Assembly (NCBI GenBank): GCA_964019335.1
Contig: OZ025713.1
Coordinates: 310,001-374,000, forward strand
DNA length: 64,000 nt
Source of the DNA: Diplonema japonicum
Taxonomy: Eukaryota; Protista; Euglenozoa: Diplonemea
Direction: 5' to 3'
Each line of letters starts with the position of its first letter. Position 1 is the stretch's first letter. The notes beneath the pieces were generated by a model. The model was not told the DNA's origin. It was given only the letters and a program-made list of their open reading frames with translations, and ran no database searches. Positions 43,101-56,602 of the stretch are shown here, piece after piece. The position numbers and the translations under genes are program-made.

Positions 43101-46100
43101 ACGTGACAACCCTGAACACCAAGGGCGGACCGACTATGGGCAGACTCGCCCCTGTTGCATACTGCTTGAGCATGAACGTCTGCGCAATTGAACTAGCAGT
43201 CATTTGGTATGACACTTGCACCTGACAGCCGCTGCACGGACGCGTGAAGTACACACTCGCCGAAGGCCAGCTGGTCGGCGGCACCGTAGCAGCATTTACC
43301 TGGTAGGCCAGACCTAGCTCTGTGGGTAGCACCGAACACACGGATCCAGCCCCTGCCACCATAAAACCGCCGTTGCCATATCGCATCATCTTGCTGTCCA
43401 GCAGCTCACTGGAAGATGGCTGCCACAGGCTCCCAAGCGATACCATATGTGGTACAATGCTGCTAGTGCTCTGCATAGCCCACTTGCCACCCAGCAGTCT
43501 GATCTGACCAAACTGGAGTGTTATTGGGTCACCAACCTGTATCACAGTGCTGTTTACAGGGTGGGCAGCAACTTGAGTTGGCGCTGTTGGGAGCTGCTGA
43601 GTCACGATGGTGATGGCACTGGCCTCGTTTGAAACCACCGAGAAGGGCTTTGTCACCTTGGTCCTGTCGGCAAAGACAGGAGTCGTGTCACTCTGCGTGA
43701 TCGCAGCAGCACCAAGTTCAAGGCAATCGGCTCCTGAAGTTGCCGTTGTATAGCACAAGTCGAGCTGGATGGTGCAAGCCTGACATCTGGCGCTGAACAC
43801 AGGCCACACGGTAGCTGCTCCGTTGATGGTTGGCACTAGGACATTGTCAGTGCCCAATGCCTGTGTCCAGCTTGACGCAAGGTCGCCTGTTCTAAGTGTC
43901 AACTCACTTACGTCTGTCGTAGGCTTCATGTAGTAGACATTCATAGTGCCACCGTCATTACATCCGCTCCACCCCTTCTTCGACACCTTGACATAGGTTC
44001 CTTGCTTAAAGGTCCAAGCGCGGCCTGCGGGGGATTTGACGATGGTTTGGATGGGGAATGGCATGTCAACACTGACCTGGCCAGCGGCACTGTAGTCCCA
44101 TCCCAGACCGGGAGTGTCTTGGTACGTCTGGTAGCCGCCCAGTGACGTGCTGAGGAATCTCTTGCGGGGGCACTCGTCGTCCGTGGTGACGGCAGTCTGC
44201 ATTTCCCATGACGTGAAGGTCTCCGCTGGTTCCACCCAGTAGTAGGTCTGCGTTGAACTCACACTCCCAAGCTTTGTCTGCGTCGCCACGTCCATCGCAG
44301 ACCCCGAGATGGAAAGCGGCACTGTCGACGTTCCCGCGACGTACCTCCCATAGATCACAAAGTCCATTGTCAGTGCCGCCTGTCCAAGAGTGTTGATGAG
44401 TCGCTCTTGTGCTGTGGCACCAGGGATGCTCACTATCTTTTTCACCGTTGTGTTGGTACTGATGTCGCCTTCCAGTGTCAGCGTTTGCCCTGCGACGGAC
44501 ATTTGGTACTCATAAGACGCATCGTAGACGATGAACTGGGATGTCGGGATACTCGGCTGCACATAGGAGACTAATAAGCTTGCGCTGGTTGGGGTGGGGC
44601 TTTCACCGCATGTCGCACCAGACCCAATGTTCCTCCACCCACCAAGCTCCTCACTTGTGAAGGTCACAACGGGTGTCGGTTGCGTCGTGGGAAGAACCCA
44701 CAAGCCTACCCTCACGCACAACGAGAGGTCCACCACATCGCCACCTCCGTCGTTTTTGTAGCTGCAGATATCGAACTCTATCCTACGGGCAGGCTGCTGT
44801 GAAGCAGGATCGCTGCTGGCGTACTTCAAGCTGAGTTTTCCAAGTCCTGTCACGTCTACAGTGCTGTCCTGCCCGTTGCGCTGGTTCGTTGCTCGTGTAA
44901 AGACAACCTCTGCAGCACCAAAGGTGTAGGTTTGCGTGCCCAACACCATCAAAGACGCGGGGTTGTAAAAGGAGTCTAATGTCACCGTCTGCGAAGTCCA
45001 CGTCTGCGAGCCTGAGTCGTACGTGGATGTTGGCACAAAGCCAGCCGGGTGCGTGGAGGGGCCACCCCTGGGGATAGCCGTGATGTTCCTGAGCGACGTC
45101 TCTGGCGAGAGGACTCCGTTGATCGTCTTCAGCACGTTCACGTCGACAGTGATACCCGCAGCAAGGTTTGAGACGGTCGTCTGCCAGTTCGAGCAGTACA
45201 GCTCCCCGTTGGTGCACAACGTCTGCGAGTTAGAGACAGAATTCACTCGGAACTCTGTACCGGTGCTCCCTGCAATACCTTGCGTGAGAGAGACGTCAAC
45301 CGAGCAGTTGTACGAAGCAGAGCCCGTGACGTGTACTGCGCTGTACGTGCTGTCGATGGCTGTGAAGATGATTTTACGGACTTCAGGTGTAGATGCATCA
45401 GGCACGTTGGCAACGTCGGCAGCATAGAAGTGAAGATCGGTGAATTGCGCAACAGCAGAGGCATCCATCTTAGCAGTGATGGTCCCCGTTGCAGTGGGTG
45501 TCTGCAACATGTACTGCTTCGATGAGCTTGCAGGAGACACAATGCTGACCAGCTGCGTAGAGGTGAAAACCCACCACCTAGGGTACACAGCAGACGCTTC
45601 TGCGCTAGTTGCCTCGACAGCGCTCACGGTGACAGAGAACATCTCCGACTGCGTGCTGCCTGACTCGTAGTTAACAGTTGTGCTCGATGCGCTGCACTTT
45701 ACACGCAGACTTTCCGACGTGAAGCTCAGTATTGTGGTACCATCGTTTGCTGTATCCGATTCAAAGGACTCCGGCCCTGCACCGAGCGTGGAGTGGAAGG
45801 TAAACTCACAAGAAGTGCAGGGTTTGGTGGTCCTAATTACCCACGAAGCGCCCCATCCGGTTCCGCCTGATGAAGGATCCGTGACCTGCGCTGCAGCGTA
45901 TTTGTACGCTACGCACGTCTTCCCCACTGTGTACGCACAAGGCAGGGACGTGTCAGAATGAAGGACTCCAACCCCCAGCATGTTCGTTACGCCGTTGCTG
46001 TTTGGGCCGCTGATCAGGGCGAAGATGTCGCCGTTGTGGTATTCATCGGCGTACCAGCAGCTTGTGCCGCATGGCGTTCCAGGGAGCGCTGTCACTTGTA

Positions 46101-49100
46101 TCCCTGCAGGGATAGTAGCAGAGAGAACGGAAGGCACTACACGAATAGTGCTAGCTACAACTCGCACTGGGGTCTGCACCATCATGGTGATAGTCGACAG
46201 ACCATCTGTCAGCATGAAGCTGATAGAGCACCCCCCTGAGAACCTGGAGCAACCGTCATTGTTTAGCATTCTGAAGTCCACCGCCCAGTTTGCTCCGACA
46301 CCCATCGGGGCGACGTTGGTCACGGTCGCAGTCATTGCTGTTGGTTTCGTCATCAAGTTGTCAACCATCAACACGCCGCTGACATCGCGCAGCACTGCGA
46401 GAACGCTGTTCGTCGTGCCCGTCGTCACTGCGGTCAGCATCCAAGTGCCAAGCCCCACGGTGTTGTTCAGCTCCATTGTCCCAGACATCACCGAAAACAC
46501 AAAACGGTACGGCACCAAGGACTCCAGGTAGCACCCTGGGTCCGCCGTGAGCGTCGTCCCGCTAACAGTGCCGAAGAAAGCCGGTACGGGCTCTCTTTCT
46601 GCAGTAAGCCCCTCCACGTCCATGCTCATCACACTCATGGGAATCGCAGCGGTCGGAGCAGGTCGTTCCACACGTACAGCAAACCTGTTGGTGAAAGGGC
46701 CACCATAAGAGGCTTCAAAGAACGCTTCGTGTGTGTTGATACCGTTCAGCAACATGGGGGTGAAGGTATACGTGTAGGTTCCGCCCAAATTCCAGGATTG
46801 TCCACTGTGTTGCGAGAGAGAAAATCCGGATGGGATGATCCCAGAGGTGACCTCCGAAGGGGGCACAGAGATATCCGTGTAGTCGGTGTGGCTGTACTGG
46901 ATAGTCACAGTGTTGTTGGGGGCGAACTCAGGTGGGCCCCCCCATCGCGTTTGGATGTTGATCGTGCAAGGCAGACGGTGGGTGCAGGAGAGAAGGAAGC
47001 ATGAAGGATTTGTACTGGAACAGCCCGCAGTGCTCTGCACAGTGCCTGTTGCATTGGTCATCTCAATGCCGTTGAAGAAGAGACCGTCTGGCTGGTGCAC
47101 CGCCACGTTGATCCACTGTGGCTTGGACGCAACGACGTTGGTCCCGCTGTTCCCGCTGAACAAGATCCCACAGCCGAACTCGCTGTCGGGGCAGGCGCTG
47201 CGGTATTGGACGCTGAACCGCAAGAAACCCTCGCTGAGGAACTGCTTGAGACCGTTGTCAGGCCAGCCGTAAAGTGGGCCTTCAGTCGAGCTGCACGCTG
47301 CATCCACACCGAGAATGTCGAACACAGCAACCTCGAAGGGGCCCTTATTGTTCGTGCATGCAAGCTCTGCGAAGACGGTTGCTGCAGGACACCTCAACAC
47401 GTCGACTGCGTACGAACCGAAGGGCATCTCAATCCCTGTGTCTGATGCAGCCCTGAGGTCGTAGTGTACGATCGTCCCAGACCTGATAAGGGGTGTTCTG
47501 GACACCTTGCCCGTGACGGGGTCTGTCACGTTCTCAGCAGGCACGACAAGAGGGCCGTACACTGTCTCTGTCGTAGCTTCATCGTACTCTATGAACTGTA
47601 GCGATGAGTTGTAACTAACGTCGGTCGATACCACAAATTGCGTTGGCTCGCCAATGACCGCATCCTTCCATAACCCAGAGCCGCCCCCGTTCAGTTTCAG
47701 CCCTCTGTTGTACAGCTGCAGCACGACACCCCTGCGCAGCACGTGGTTAGTAGTATACGTGTCCCCATCGCCCGCTTTGTAAACACACAACTTGTACTGC
47801 CCCGATGCAACCGGCTGCGCAGGGGGCAGGATGAACTGTGCTGCAGAGTTCGAAGCCCACGTGTTCCATATCATGGCAGATGCGTTGCCCGTCCTGATCA
47901 GCGTGAACCATTCAGGGGTCCCCGTTGCGCTCCCCAGCGGTGCGGACACAGGCGCCTGACACACCTGTGTGTCGTTCACTACGGTCAGCAAGTCGTATGT
48001 ATAGCCGGAGTTCTGCACGTCGCAAGGCACACCCTCGCCGTCGGTGGCGCCAGGGCGTCGGCACCACGAGGACAGGGGCACAGTTTTACCCGAGGAGTCA
48101 GCCTCCTTCCGCAGATCGTACACAGTGGCGTTGCTATACGAAAGACTGGGCTCCATCTCCAGGAACGAGGGGTGTGTGTGCAGCCCGTAGTCACCGCTGC
48201 CGGAAGGCACCCACAACCATGGGTTAGGCTCAGACAACGAGGTATGAACTACTTTGTAGCACACATAGTGCCTGCCTGGATCGAGGGGCATCTGGAAAGT
48301 GGGTGTCATGGTCAACCCCGACTTCGAGAGGGACGGGCACAGGCCTCCCTGGTTGAGCACTGGGTCTGTACAAGAGCCGATGTTAGAACCTGTCAAGGTA
48401 GCCGCACCGTTGCAGTCAGCACCAGTTACTCTAGGCCACGAGCTGACTTCGCCCCACGTGGGGCTCCCGTCGGGCGTTCGTGACGACGGTCTGGCAACCG
48501 TAACTATCTTGAAGATGTTCTCACTGCTGACTACACTAGTCGCTGTGCCGTACAACGTAAAGGTGAAGCCGTCACTCTGTACGGGGGCTGACGAGGGGTT
48601 CTGCACGTACTGCGTGGACGCACCGCTGATCGTCACACTGTCCGTAGCAACGCCGCTGTACAGCGAGTTGAGGGGTGTCAGTGAGGTGGTCAGAGTCCAT
48701 GACTCAATGAATCCGTGCTGCGTTCTGAAGGCATTTGCGGAGTCGTACTGGTTACGGATGCGCAGCTGGGTCGTCATGCCTGTGGCTTCAGGTACCTCAA
48801 CCCAGACTTTATTAGCACCTGTCGTGACCACTAGCGAGACGCACACTTTGTAGTTCGTTGCAGCATCGCTCGCCACACGCGGTATCGCTACCGGCATCTC
48901 CGCAACATCAGCGGGGCCATCGGCAGGGCCAAGGTTCGTGACCCCTAAAGCGCCCCCCCCTTCGATACCGATGTGCGTCGATGCTCCCCAATGAGATGCC
49001 CCTGTTACTGCGTCTCCTGAGCTGCACGAGTCATCAATTTTCACTATTTTGGCTGAGTCCCCACCAGGGCTCGTGTCAAAACTTGCGCTGCTTGCGGCGA

Positions 49101-52100
49101 TGTCGCATCCGGCTGTGTTGTCCGCAGTACTACCTCCTGTAAGAGGCGTTACAAGGGCAGGATGATGGCACTTCACAAAATTAACCGTGATGAGGCCGCC
49201 GTTTGTGGGGCGGTTACCGCTTGTCACGTACCACCTGACACTGTTCTCTACCACACCAAAAGACCAGTCGCCGCCAGGCCTCCACCATGAGAGTGGCCTG
49301 TCTTCCATGAAGGCATCTTGGTACATCACGCACAGCTGGTACACGCCCTGTTGCTGAGGCACCGTTAAGTAGAAGTCAAGCTGCTGAAGCGAGTTACCCA
49401 CAACGTACTTCGTGGTCCTTGAGCCGTAAGGAGCTGCTTCTGTCCCTCCCGGCTCCGAAAGGCAGTTTGAGTTATCTCCCGTAGTTGCCAGGACAAGCTT
49501 TGCATCGAAGGATCGGATCCTATCAGGAGCAACAGACTTGTTAATGTCCGACGCTATGTCGTACGGCAGTTGCAGCGAGAATCGTTGAAGAGAACCACCC
49601 ACTAGATCGCTGTGGATAGCTGGGTAGGCTAGGTTCATCGCCAGTTCATTCTGCAGGGCCCACGACGCATTGAAGATAATCCAGTTGGCTGTGTACAGCT
49701 GCTTGTAACAAATCTTAAAGTCCATCATTGCAGAGCTGATAGCAGGCAAAGTGATGACCCCAGCCAAGCTGTCGTGACTGTAGTACCTATGGTCATGCGG
49801 CACGATGTCATCGTACACAGGAGGCATGGACTTCTCTAACTCAGTTAACATGTGCACCTCTGCAGGAGTGCGCGTCGTGTTGCATGGTGTAGACGAGCAG
49901 AACCTCATCGACGGGATAGAAGTCGCGCAGACATCGGTCCGTCCGGCTTCCTGGAAAAGACCTGTGGTGTTGATGGTGCCATGTCCCTTCACCTCGCAGT
50001 ACAGCGACAAGTGTGTGTCGGCCAACGTGGCGTCCCAAGTGAATGGTGTAATGTCGCACTCCTGGTAGCTGGGCACTAACCTAAGAACGTCGCCTGAACG
50101 GATGCACGTAGCGTTGTCACACACGCTTCGAGGTGCTGCCGTCAAGTTGCCCGACATGTCGCGCACTAAAAACAAAGCTTCCATTCCAGAACGCTGCTCT
50201 TCTACCTGCAGTGACAATGTGGGGGATGCCGAAGGTGCGTAGTATCCATCCGAAGGTGGAGCCCACCCATCGCGGAGTCGGTGAGACGAAGCAGCGCTGG
50301 GCTTAACCTCGTGCCAGTTCCACCCTTGCAGTCTGTAGCAAACCCTGTACTTTGTACCTGTTGGCGGCACTGTTATGTAAAACGTGACGTCTTCCGTAGC
50401 GTCAATGTTGGAGGCCGTCCCGAAGCAGTCGCTTCGGTTGCTGAAAGTGGCCGCTTCGCTGTTGCACTCGGTCAGACCGCCGTCGGTGCTGTTCGCGCTG
50501 AGTGTGGTCAACGTGCCGGTGTAGTCGCAGGAGACTGTGTACGGGACGACACGCAGAGCAGACCCTTGCGTGGCATTCACGTACTGTGGCAGAGTGCCAA
50601 AGTCCCATTGTCGGCTGTCGAGCTTCACCGTGGACGCGTTGGCGATCTCGATCACAATAGGACCCCACGTCCCCTCCCTTGTGTCGTTTGCGTACCATGT
50701 GACGTCGGGGGTCTGGGACTTGGGCTGAGTCCTCAGTAGCATTGAGTTTCTATTGAGACGTGCCCAGTCGGTGGTCTCGGAAGTCGTACCCGGGTTTTTC
50801 CATGGTAGAACACGCAAACCAGAATTATGGGTGCAGCTGCTCGTGGTGCATGTTCTGCGGTAGCACACATGCCACGTAGTTTCATTGCTCGGGTACCACA
50901 AGGTGCTGAAGGTGGTTGGCTGGTTGCTCGCGTCGTCAGAAGTCACTGAGTACGGGTCGCCTGTAAGGTCAGTCGAGCCGATGGGGTACACGACACCATC
51001 GTCGCTGAAGCCGCCCTGTGACTCAGTTGTCGACGGCGTGTCTAAGTACCGTGACCAACAGCCCACCGAAGGGAACGACCCAACAGAGATGAGTCCTGCC
51101 TTAGCGTTCGCCTTCTCTGTGAAGCTCGCGCTGTTCACAATCCTGAAGTAGTCCCCGCCCTGCGGTGCCCAATAGTTCACCGTGACGCTGTACGGGTTGG
51201 CTGTAGGAAACCACGACGCCGCGATCGGAGAACTGCTCCCCGTCCCTGCCGCTGGCATTGAGCTCAGCATCGCCTCAGAGTCCTCAAAGATGATGGTGCC
51301 CCACGTGCTGGGCGACAGATCATAGGCACCCCACGACACTGTCTCGTTCTTTGTCGTGAAGGACAACGATGGGTCATGAGCCTGGCAGTTCGCAATGCTG
51401 TCGCACTTAGCAAGCTTGCGCCACATTGGAAGGTTGTCGAGTGTGGAGTTCTCCAACCTGACCGCCGCGCGCTGTATCCTGCTTGAGAAACACACATCAA
51501 AGGACGCCTCGTACTGAGGCAGTCTGACGTACACATAGGCATGGTGCTTCACATCGTGCGGGAGCTGGGTGTGGTCCGTGTCAGTGAAAACCTCTTCGTT
51601 AGCAGGATAATAGGTGCCCCACGATGACCAAGAGTCTGTGAGTGGGTTGCTGTACTGCGTTCCAAACATGCCCACACCACCAGGAGTGGAGCCCACAAGC
51701 AACCCCGAGTGTGCAGTTGGTTGCCAAGTGCCGTCTGTGTTAACGAAGTATGACCCCAAGTAGTAGTTGTAGTAGTTTTGGTACTCATACGTACACGGCT
51801 GCCCCTGCGGCACGATTTTCAAGTTGTCGCCCTCGCTGCATGCTCCCAGGTTGCTGGCACCGCACGCCGATGAGGAATACGTGAAGTTCCACGCTTCATC
51901 ACTCAGCAGCTGCACAACGGCGTACTGGCCCACAGTGGCATCGGGCACCCTGTACCACACAAGACTCTCAGAGGCGCTGAACATATACTCTGTGCCTTGA
52001 GTGAAGAGCTGCCACTTCCTTAATTCATCAGGAATATCCCATGTGTACTTCGGCACCGTGTGCCTGAAACAGATCACGAAATTCACGCCCATCCTGGGAG

Positions 52101-55100
52101 CAACAAACGTAGCATGCGCCCAGCTTGTAAATAGCCTACCCTCTTCTGTCTCCGCTGTCGTCATACCAAACTCCTTAGTCACGTACAAAGGTGTCGTGCC
52201 ACTTGATATGTACGAGGGGCAGTCGCTCAGTCGGGACGAACTCCACTCGAAAACAGACAGCTTGAACGTGCCCATATGGCTGGTGTTGAAGTGCTCCCTT
52301 TCCAGCGAGTACAGACGTGCCTGCAGTGCCACACGGACCTCCTGCCCCTCGAGAAAAGTGGAGTAAGGCTCGAACACCATGGTGTAGTTGTTGTGTGCAG
52401 GCAATGACTCGGAGATAGACAGCGTGGAGGTTTCAGTGCTCGTCGGGAGGGTCATGGTCACCGTCTCTGTCTGCGATGCTGTGGGCAGAGACAACGTCAT
52501 GGTCAAGGACTCTGTCAGCGATGTAGACTCTGTCGCTGTGGGCAGGGTAAGGGTATGTGTGTAAGTCATCGATCCAGTGGGGAGTGTCATCGAGTAGGTA
52601 TGAGTCTCCGACGCAGTGGGCAGGGACAGGGACAGGGAGAAAGTATCGGTCCCAGTCGGTACTGTCATTGAATAAGTGTGAGTCTCTGACGCTGTGGGAA
52701 GCGACAAGGAGATCGAGAAGGTATCGGTTCCAGTGGGCACAGTGTACGTGAAGGTCGCCGTGGAACTCGCCGTCGGCAGCGACAAGGAAATGGTCTCCGA
52801 GGCTGTACTTGTGGGGAGCGTAACAGTAACGGACTCCGTCGCTGTCGGCAGTGAAAAGGTCTCTGTAAACGTCTGACTGGCAGTAGGCAGCGACAGCGAA
52901 ATTGAAAAGGTTCCTGTTCCTGTTGGCATAGTAAACGTCACAGTTTCCGTGCCTGTTGGCAGTGTGAGGGTCTCCGATGCAGTCCCAGTAGGCAGCGAAA
53001 GCGTAATCGTGTCAGTTCCCGTTGGCAGAGTCAATGTTTCTGTCGCCGTGCCTGTAGGCAGCGTCAATGTTTCTGTCGCAGTGCCCGTCGGAAGTGTTAG
53101 AGTAACTGTGGCGGTCCCCGTCGGGAGTGTCAAGGTGGTTGTAGCAGTTCCAGTGGGCAGTGACAGAGTTTCAGTTGCCGTGCCTGTGGGCAGCGTGATG
53201 GTCTCGGTTGCCGTTGCGGTTGGAAGTGTCAGCGAAACCGTCTCAGTCGCGGAGGCTGTAGGCAGCGTCAGAGAGACGGTTTCACTCGCTGTCCCTGTCG
53301 GGAGCGTGACAGTTGTTGTAGCAGTTCCTGTCGGCAGGGTCAAGGTAAGGGTAGAAGTCCCAGTGGGCAGCGACAAGGTCAAAGTTTCCGTTCCTGTAGG
53401 AAGCGAGACTGTTTCTGTAGCCGTGCCTGTAGGCAGTGTCATTGACACTGTGGCAGTGCCTGTTGGAAGCGTGAGAGTGGTTGTGGCGGTCCCCGTCGGG
53501 AGTGTCAAAGTCAATGTACTAGTTCCTGTAGGCAATGAAAGTGTCAAGGTGCTTGTTCCTGTTGGCAGCGAAATGGTCTCGGTTGCCGTGCCTGTGGGAA
53601 GGGTCACCGTCAACGTGCTAGTAGCCGTAGGGAGTGACAAGGTAAGTGTCTCGGTCCCTGTTGGGAGTGTCAGAGTCTCCGTTGCAGTGCCCGTTGGGAG
53701 TGAAATGGTTTCTGTTGCAGTGCCCGTTGGCAGAGAAATCGTTTCTGTGGCTGTGCCTGTCGGCAGTGATACGGTCACAGTCGCAGTGCTCGTTGGGAGC
53801 GATAGTGTCGTTGTAGCAGTCCCTGTTGGAAGCGAAAACGTCTCTGTCGCAGTCCCAGTGGGCAACGTCAGCGTTACTGTTGCAGTCCCTGTTGGGAGTG
53901 TCAAAGTGGTAGTTGCGGTCCCTGTGGGCAGTGTCACTGTTTCAGTCTGAGTACCGGTCGGCAGTGTAAATGTCATAGAACTCGTTCCCGTTGGCAGTGT
54001 TAGGGTTGTTGTGGCAGTTCCAGTGGGCAGCGACAATGTTACCGTCTCAGTCCCCGTAGGCAGTGTCAGGGTCACTGAAGATGTTGCAGTGGGCAGTGAC
54101 AAGGAAACTGTCTCAGTGCTGGACAATGTGGGGAGCGAAAGAGAAACAGTTTCAGACTGAGTACCGGTCGGCAGTGTAAATGTCATAGAACTCGTTCCAG
54201 TGGGCAGTGAAATAGTCTCTGTTGCTGTTCCTGTCGGCAGCGTGATCGACTGCGTGGCGGTCCCCGTGGGCAGCGAAATAGTTTCTGTTGCTGTTCCTGT
54301 TGGCAGCGACACCGTGACTGTAGCAGTGCCCGTCGGAAGAGAGAACGTCGTCGTGGCAGTTCCTGTTGGCAGAGAGATGGTCTCTGTTGCTGTTCCTGTC
54401 GGCAGCGATATGGTTTCTGTTGCAGTTCCCGTAGGCAACGATATGGTCTCTGTTGCTGTTCCTGTTGGCAGCGACACCGTGACTGTAGATGTGCCCGTCG
54501 GAAGAGAGAACGTCGTCGTGGCAGTTCCTGTTGGCAGAGAGATGGTCTCTGTTGCTGTTCCTGTCGGCAGCGATATGGTCTCTGTTGCAGTTCCCGTAGG
54601 CAACGATATGGTCTCTGTTGCTGTTCCTGTTGGCAGTGACACCGTGACTGTAGATGTGCCCGTCGGAAGAGAGAACGTCGTCGTGGCAGTTCCTGTTGGC
54701 AGAGAGATGGTCTCTGTTGCTGTTCCTGTCGGCAGCGATATGGTCTCTGTTGCTGTTCCCGTAGGCAATGATATGGTCTCTGTTGCTGTTCCCGTGGGCA
54801 GCGACACCGTGACTGTAGATGTGCCCGTCGGAAGAGAGAATGTCGTCGTGGCAGTTCCTGTTGGCAGAGAGATGGTCTCTGTTGCTGTTCCTGTCGGCAG
54901 CGATATGGTCTCTGTTGCTGTTCCCGTTGGGAGCGACACCGATACAGTGCTACTGAACGACGCCGATTCAGAACCCGTAGGAAGAGAGACTGTCACTGTG
55001 GCTGTTCCCGTGGGGAGCGTGATGGACTGTGTTGCAGTGCCCGTCGGAAGAGAGATTGTGTGTGATACAGTCCCGGTGGGCAACGAAACAGTCTCTGTTG

Positions 55101-55668
55101 AAGTCCCAGTGGGCAGCGATACTGTGGTTGTTGCGGTGCTGGTAGGCAGTGACACAGACTGTGACACCGTTCCTGTGGGCAGCGATATCGTGTGTGTCGC
55201 AGTCCCTGTGTTTAGCGTATAGGTAACTGATCCCGTGCCAGTGGGCAACGAAATTGTCTCTGTTGAAGTCCCAGTGGGCAGCGATACTGTGGTTGTTGCG
55301 GTGCTAGTGGGCAGTGACAAAGTTTGTGACACCGTTCCTGTGGGCAGCGATATCGTGTGTGTCGCAGTCCCTGTATTCAGCGTATAGGTAACCGTCCCTG
55401 TGGGCAGTGATATGGACTGCGATTCAGTTTGTGACATTGACTGCGATGCAGTACCAGTGGGCAGTGTTATCGTGTATGAGGAAGTCCCTGTGTCCAGCGT
55501 ATAAGTTGTACTCCCTGTGGGCAGTGATATCGTATATGACTCAGTCCCCGTGTTTAGTGAATAGGTAGTAGTCCCTGTGGGCAGTGATATCGTGAACGTC
55601 TGCGTCGCGGTCACCGCCGCTGTCTCGGAAACCCAAGAGAGCAAAAAAATAGCTATAGCATTCTTCAT
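39102..55668 (-). CDS. Giant GPI-anchored surface protein (~5,425 aa); exons 55668-40574, 40504-40420, 40270-40175, 40103-39102
   Basis: Signal peptide; ~1,080 aa of SLPTGTATETI repeats; repeated Cys-containing domains. Three GT-AG introns join ORF 40267-55668 in frame to ORF 39102-40088, which ends in a Pro/Thr stalk and DSSG + hydrophobic tail. Confidence 0.88.
40104..40174 (-). other. Predicted 71-nt GT-AG intron, T-rich 5' end and poly(A) 3' end
   Basis: GGG|GTATTTTTATTTTATTTTTTTCAGGG-A(~41)-CCAG|TCT; restores frame into the last exon. Confidence 0.8.
40271..40419 (-). other. Predicted 149-nt GT-AG intron
   Basis: AGG|GTGTG-T(~20)...CATTAAC...AACAAACAACCATACAG|CTG; shifts frame past the TGA at 40267. 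Confidence 0.8.
40505..40573 (-). other. Predicted 69-nt GT-AG intron with poly(A) before the acceptor
   Basis: CATGT|GTATGTTTCTCTTCC...GACG-A(~26)-CAG|GTGC. Confidence 0.75.
52400..55610 (-). repeat. Coding tandem array of 33-bp (11-aa) SLPTGTATETI units, with a 165-bp higher-order repeat at ~54290-54930
   Basis: GTGCCCGTCGGAAGAGAGAA recurs at 54326, 54491, 54656 and 54821 (165-bp period). Confidence 0.95.
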
Positions 55669-55927
55669 GGTAGTCTATTTACAATTAGAGCCAACTCGCA
55701 TTCGTGTGTAAGGAAATGGGAGAAGGGGGGAGGGGGGAGGGGGGAGATTCCTGTCGGGAAAAGGTGAGGAAAAAAAAAAGAAAGAAAAACGAAAGAAAAA
55801 CTAGACATTAAAAAAAGAAGAAGGAGAAAAAAGAGGGGGGGGGGGGAACATATTACCTTATGGTCGACAAAAGAAACAAAAGAGCAACCCCTGGAAAGGG
55901 GGCAAATGTTGCACTGTATCCCCGGTT

Positions 55928-56416
55928 TTAATAAGAGAGAAGCATTTCAGGGATATGGTGGGTGGGAGGACGCTTGTAGCGATCGGGTGCACGATCACCA
56001 AAAGCGGGAAAGGCGGTGTCCGACCCGAACCCTCTGGCGATGCTACGTTTCCATGCCTGGAGCTCTGTTTTGTAAGCAGAGCACTGCTTGAACCATTGAC
56101 AGAGGGTGACTTGGTGTTTTGCCTCTGAAGACTGTTGCAGAGATAGGACACCTAGCGGTGACCTCAGATTCGCAGCTGTCCGTGGCCTTGCCTGCCACTC
56201 CTTGATCGCAGAGCTACCAGCTAGCGAAGCCTGCACATCCACCACTGCCTTGATCTGCATGATGCTCTTCACAGGACTCCCAGTAACCACCGTCGCTCCA
56301 AGTAGCAGGTCGACGACGCTGTTCTTCCGCTTTGCCTCACCCTTGGCCGCTTCCTTCTTGTGGGGCTTCCTATTCTTCGGCAACGGCGCTGTGCGTGGGC
56401 GGTGGCTCCTATTCAT
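55928..56416 (-). CDS. Hypothetical basic protein (162 aa)
   Basis: ATG after an A-rich leader; coding-like composition; same strand as neighbours; no recognised domain. Confidence 0.6.
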   Translation of the reverse strand: MNRSHRPRTAPLPKNRKPHKKEAAKGEAKRKNSVVDLLLGATVVTGSPVKSIMQIKAVVDVQASLAGSSAIKEWQARPRTAANLRSPLGVLSLQQSSEAKHQVTLCQWFKQCSAYKTELQAWKRSIARGFGSDTAFPAFGDRAPDRYKRPPTHHIPEMLLSY

Positions 56417-56464
56417 TTTTGTTTCTTTTTTTCCCCCTCCCTTCATTTTAGTTGGAAAGCTTGG

Positions 56465-56509
<45 letters not shown>

Positions 56510-56602
56510 AAGCAGAGAAACAACACAAAGAAAAATACACACAACGGGATACAGAACCTGAACAAGAAGAAAAAGAGAGAAAAAAAGAAGACAAAAAAAC
56601 AT

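Noticed and set aside
52949-55222. Long plus-strand ORFs (VAVPVGS repeats) and other antisense ORFs over genes
   Set aside because: Antisense shadows of minus-strand coding sequence.
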